A stretch of 64,000 nt of DNA from Nageia nagi (lineage: Eukaryota > Plantae > Pinophyta), in NCBI GenBank assembly GCA_050084985.1, contig JBITNC010000002.1, positions 38,130,001-38,194,000 on the forward strand. Reading direction: 5' to 3'. The notes beneath the pieces were generated by a model. The model saw only the letters and a list, made by a program, of their open reading frames with translations. It was not told the origin of the DNA and did not search any database. Positions 61,583-64,000 of the stretch are shown here, piece by piece. Positions within the stretch are counted from its first letter, which is position 1. Every line of letters starts with the position of its first letter. The position numbers and the translations under genes are program-made.

Positions 61583-64000
61583 TGTAATGAGTCGGACTAG
61601 GGCTCATCCAAAGTTACACAACAAATTATCACAAAAACTCCAAATAAATGCAAAATATTGTTCCAAGCACAAATTGATGACCTAAATCACCAAATATCTC
61701 CCTAGGAGAGGGATGTCTCACTCCCAATGTGCTAGATCTCAACAATAATGCTCAAAATAGCCCGACTTCATGCAAATGCTAGATACCCTCACACAAACCC
61801 GATATCTAGCTTAGGCATGCAAATACTCAACGAACCATGCAAATACTCAACAAACCATGCAAATATCCCATTTCTTTGTAAAATCCCAATATATTCTCAA
61901 TGCAAATATTAGCCAAATAAATATCAAAAAATGTGAAATTACACTCCTAGGCATGCCACAAACTATTCTAGGGCATCAATCATGAACAATTATATGCCAA
62001 AAACTCCAACGACTCACTCTACAACCAAAATCACACTTAAATTGCCCAACGTCACATACAAGGAAGAAAGATTACATCAAACGAACATCAATATGAGACA
62101 AGAATGGGATATCAAGTGCACCAAGGCTGAACTAATGTAGAAATGATGAGTACAATACGAATCAGGCCCTCAAGGGCTCAACATTGGCCTCCAAGGAGCC
62201 AACTAGGGCACATTGATGTGCAAAGATGAATACTGCCATAGATATATTGAAGAACAACCACACTCTACCAGATCGATGGACGCCACACTAAAGGGCTTCC
62301 TCGCAGGCTAGCTCCCAGTGAAAAGAACGAATGCAATTCCGGAATACCACCGGATGGATTCAAAGGTGCAAACCGCTATAAATGCCTTAGGGTAGAGCAA
62401 CCTCACAACACGAACATTCACCTCAACCACTAGTCAGAAGTTGTTCCAAGCCTCCTAGACTCTCCTTGGTCTACACGCCCAATGGTGTTTGATGCCGCCA
62501 AGACTTGAGAAGCTCCGAAGAGTAAATGGTTTCAATATCAGAATTTAATATATCTCTGTAATGAGGCTCCAATGCCTTATATAACACATCCCTGGATCTG
62601 GATCTCACCTCAAAGTCATCACCCAACCTTTCTAATCCAACATTAACCTCCTAAAGGCTCCAAAATGCCCAACATGGGTGCCTAGGTATCATGCATGTCC
62701 AAGAGCCATTAATGCCAATGTGGGATCTAGAGAGCCACGCATGCCTATCATGTGTCTAGGAGTCGTGTGGATGCCTAGGTGTCATCATGGGCCAACGTGG
62801 GGGTCTAAAGTGCCACGCATGCCTAACATGGGTCTAGGAGTCGTGGGGGTCTTGAAGTCTCCCAAGGCTGACACAAGAATACAAGTGCTCCCAAATCCAA
62901 CGTTGGGGCTTATGAGTGATTATCCATGCTTTGTGTTATCCTAGGTGTTACATAAAACTTAGGATTCCCACAATCATTATTTAGGATCTCCAAGTGTACA
63001 AAATAAATAATAATAACGCATCCTAAGCTTGGGGGGAAAACATCCCTCTTTGGGGCTCACAATATGGGTCCAATGGACCATTATATTTCTATCCCAAGTA
63101 AATAATAACATAAAAACAAAATATTTACAAAAGAAACACCTAGGATCCCAAGTTTATTTATTTTTATTCAAAAAGGGATGTTACAAAGCCTCCCCTCTCA
63201 AATTGTTTGCCCTCAAGCAATTGTAGAATGTCAAGAAGATTTGTCTTCCAATCATCTTTTGCATATATCAACTGAAATTCTGTTAAGTGGAATGCAACTT
63301 CAATATGCCCCATAAATGAATCAGTCCACGATATCTCTGTAGCAATTGTTGGAAATTCTGAGACATAAAAATAATGTGCAGCCATATTAGTGATGGGAAA
63401 GATATATAGCAGGTCTGAAATATTAATGCATTCTTCTTTATTCAAATCAGCCTTCAATAGGTCCCTTTGGCTGCTAGATATTGCATGCAAAAATTCTGAT
63501 ATTTCTTTGAAGTCATTTCCATCAAGAGCAATCCACATTAAGCACAAAAATGCATGCAAAAATTCTCATATGCCAATCTGCATTAAGCACAAAAATGCAT
63601 GCAAAAACTCTGATATACCAATCCACATTAAGCATAAAAATGCATGCAAAAATTCTGATATACCAATCCACAATATTGAAGCAGTGAATGTTTGCAAGAG
63701 TCCTAGAACATAATCTAGCAAAAACATAGGAAAAAGCAAGTATTTATGGAAAACAACGGAACCTTTGCTCCTTGTCAAGAGCCAAGTCCTCCTTGTGTCC
63801 AACGTTAAGTGCCAAGCTCCCTTTATACCCAACGTATCATGCCAAACCTCCCTTATTCCCAACGTTGCATCATTTGGCTCATTCTCCTCCTCATGGTGCG
63901 TCCAAATCACTTCCATCCTCTAATTCGTGACTTGAGGACATTCTTCCTTGATTCCTCGTAAGGTATGAGTTTTGCCATCAATCTCAAAACTCATAGTTAG
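61583..64000 (-). mobile_element. 3' end of a Gypsy element: internal region, PPT and 3' LTR (about 61583-63185)
   Basis: On -, GAGAGGGGAGG precedes TGTAACATCCC at 63185; the candidate LTR end is ...CATTACA at 61583. The ORF end LEGKQFERGG overlaps the PPT, as is typical of Gypsy 3' ends. Confidence 0.75.
63529..63672. repeat. 45-bp tandem repeat (about 3 copies, plus a partial copy near 63484)
   Basis: Unit caatccacattaagcacaaaaatgcatgcaaaaattctgatatac; on - it encodes ISEFLHAFLCLMWIG. Confidence 0.9.

Noticed and set aside
362-63916. Most short 60-120 aa ORFs in the track as independent genes
   Set aside because: They are chance frames, antisense shadows of exons or TE fragments without domain or splice support.
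1-64000. tRNA, rRNA, organellar insertions or prokaryotic systems
   Set aside because: None recognised by eye. tRNAscan-SE, Infernal and organelle BLAST would be needed to exclude short or degenerate ones.

Overview
This is AT-rich, CpG-depleted plant nuclear DNA. Its long, transposon-filled introns suggest a gymnosperm (inference). Two convergent host genes are partly present. (1) On +, the last two coding exons of a chloroplast RH58-like DEAD-box RNA helicase (14328-14489, 20113-20373); no earlier exon was found, so the preceding intron appears to exceed 14 kb. (2) On -, ten coding exons of an ABC1/UbiB atypical kinase, most like ABC1K2, spanning 56924 to 43555; its 5' exons lie outside the window or were not found. 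All internal splice junctions are GT-AG and phase-consistent except one exon (46981-47132), which carries a 1-nt deletion in a G run that shifts the frame. The rest is nested, decayed mobile DNA: Gypsy/Tat-like LTR elements, Copia fragments, two L1-type LINEs, a hAT transposase relic, hAT-like MITEs and many tandem duplications. I found no convincing novel biological system. The best leads are the kinase frameshift, a palindromic element terminus present in two back-to-back copies, hairpin-unit arrays inside LTR elements, and a repeat-containing ORF of unknown function running into a polypurine tract and LTR. All family calls come from motif recognition; no database search was run.
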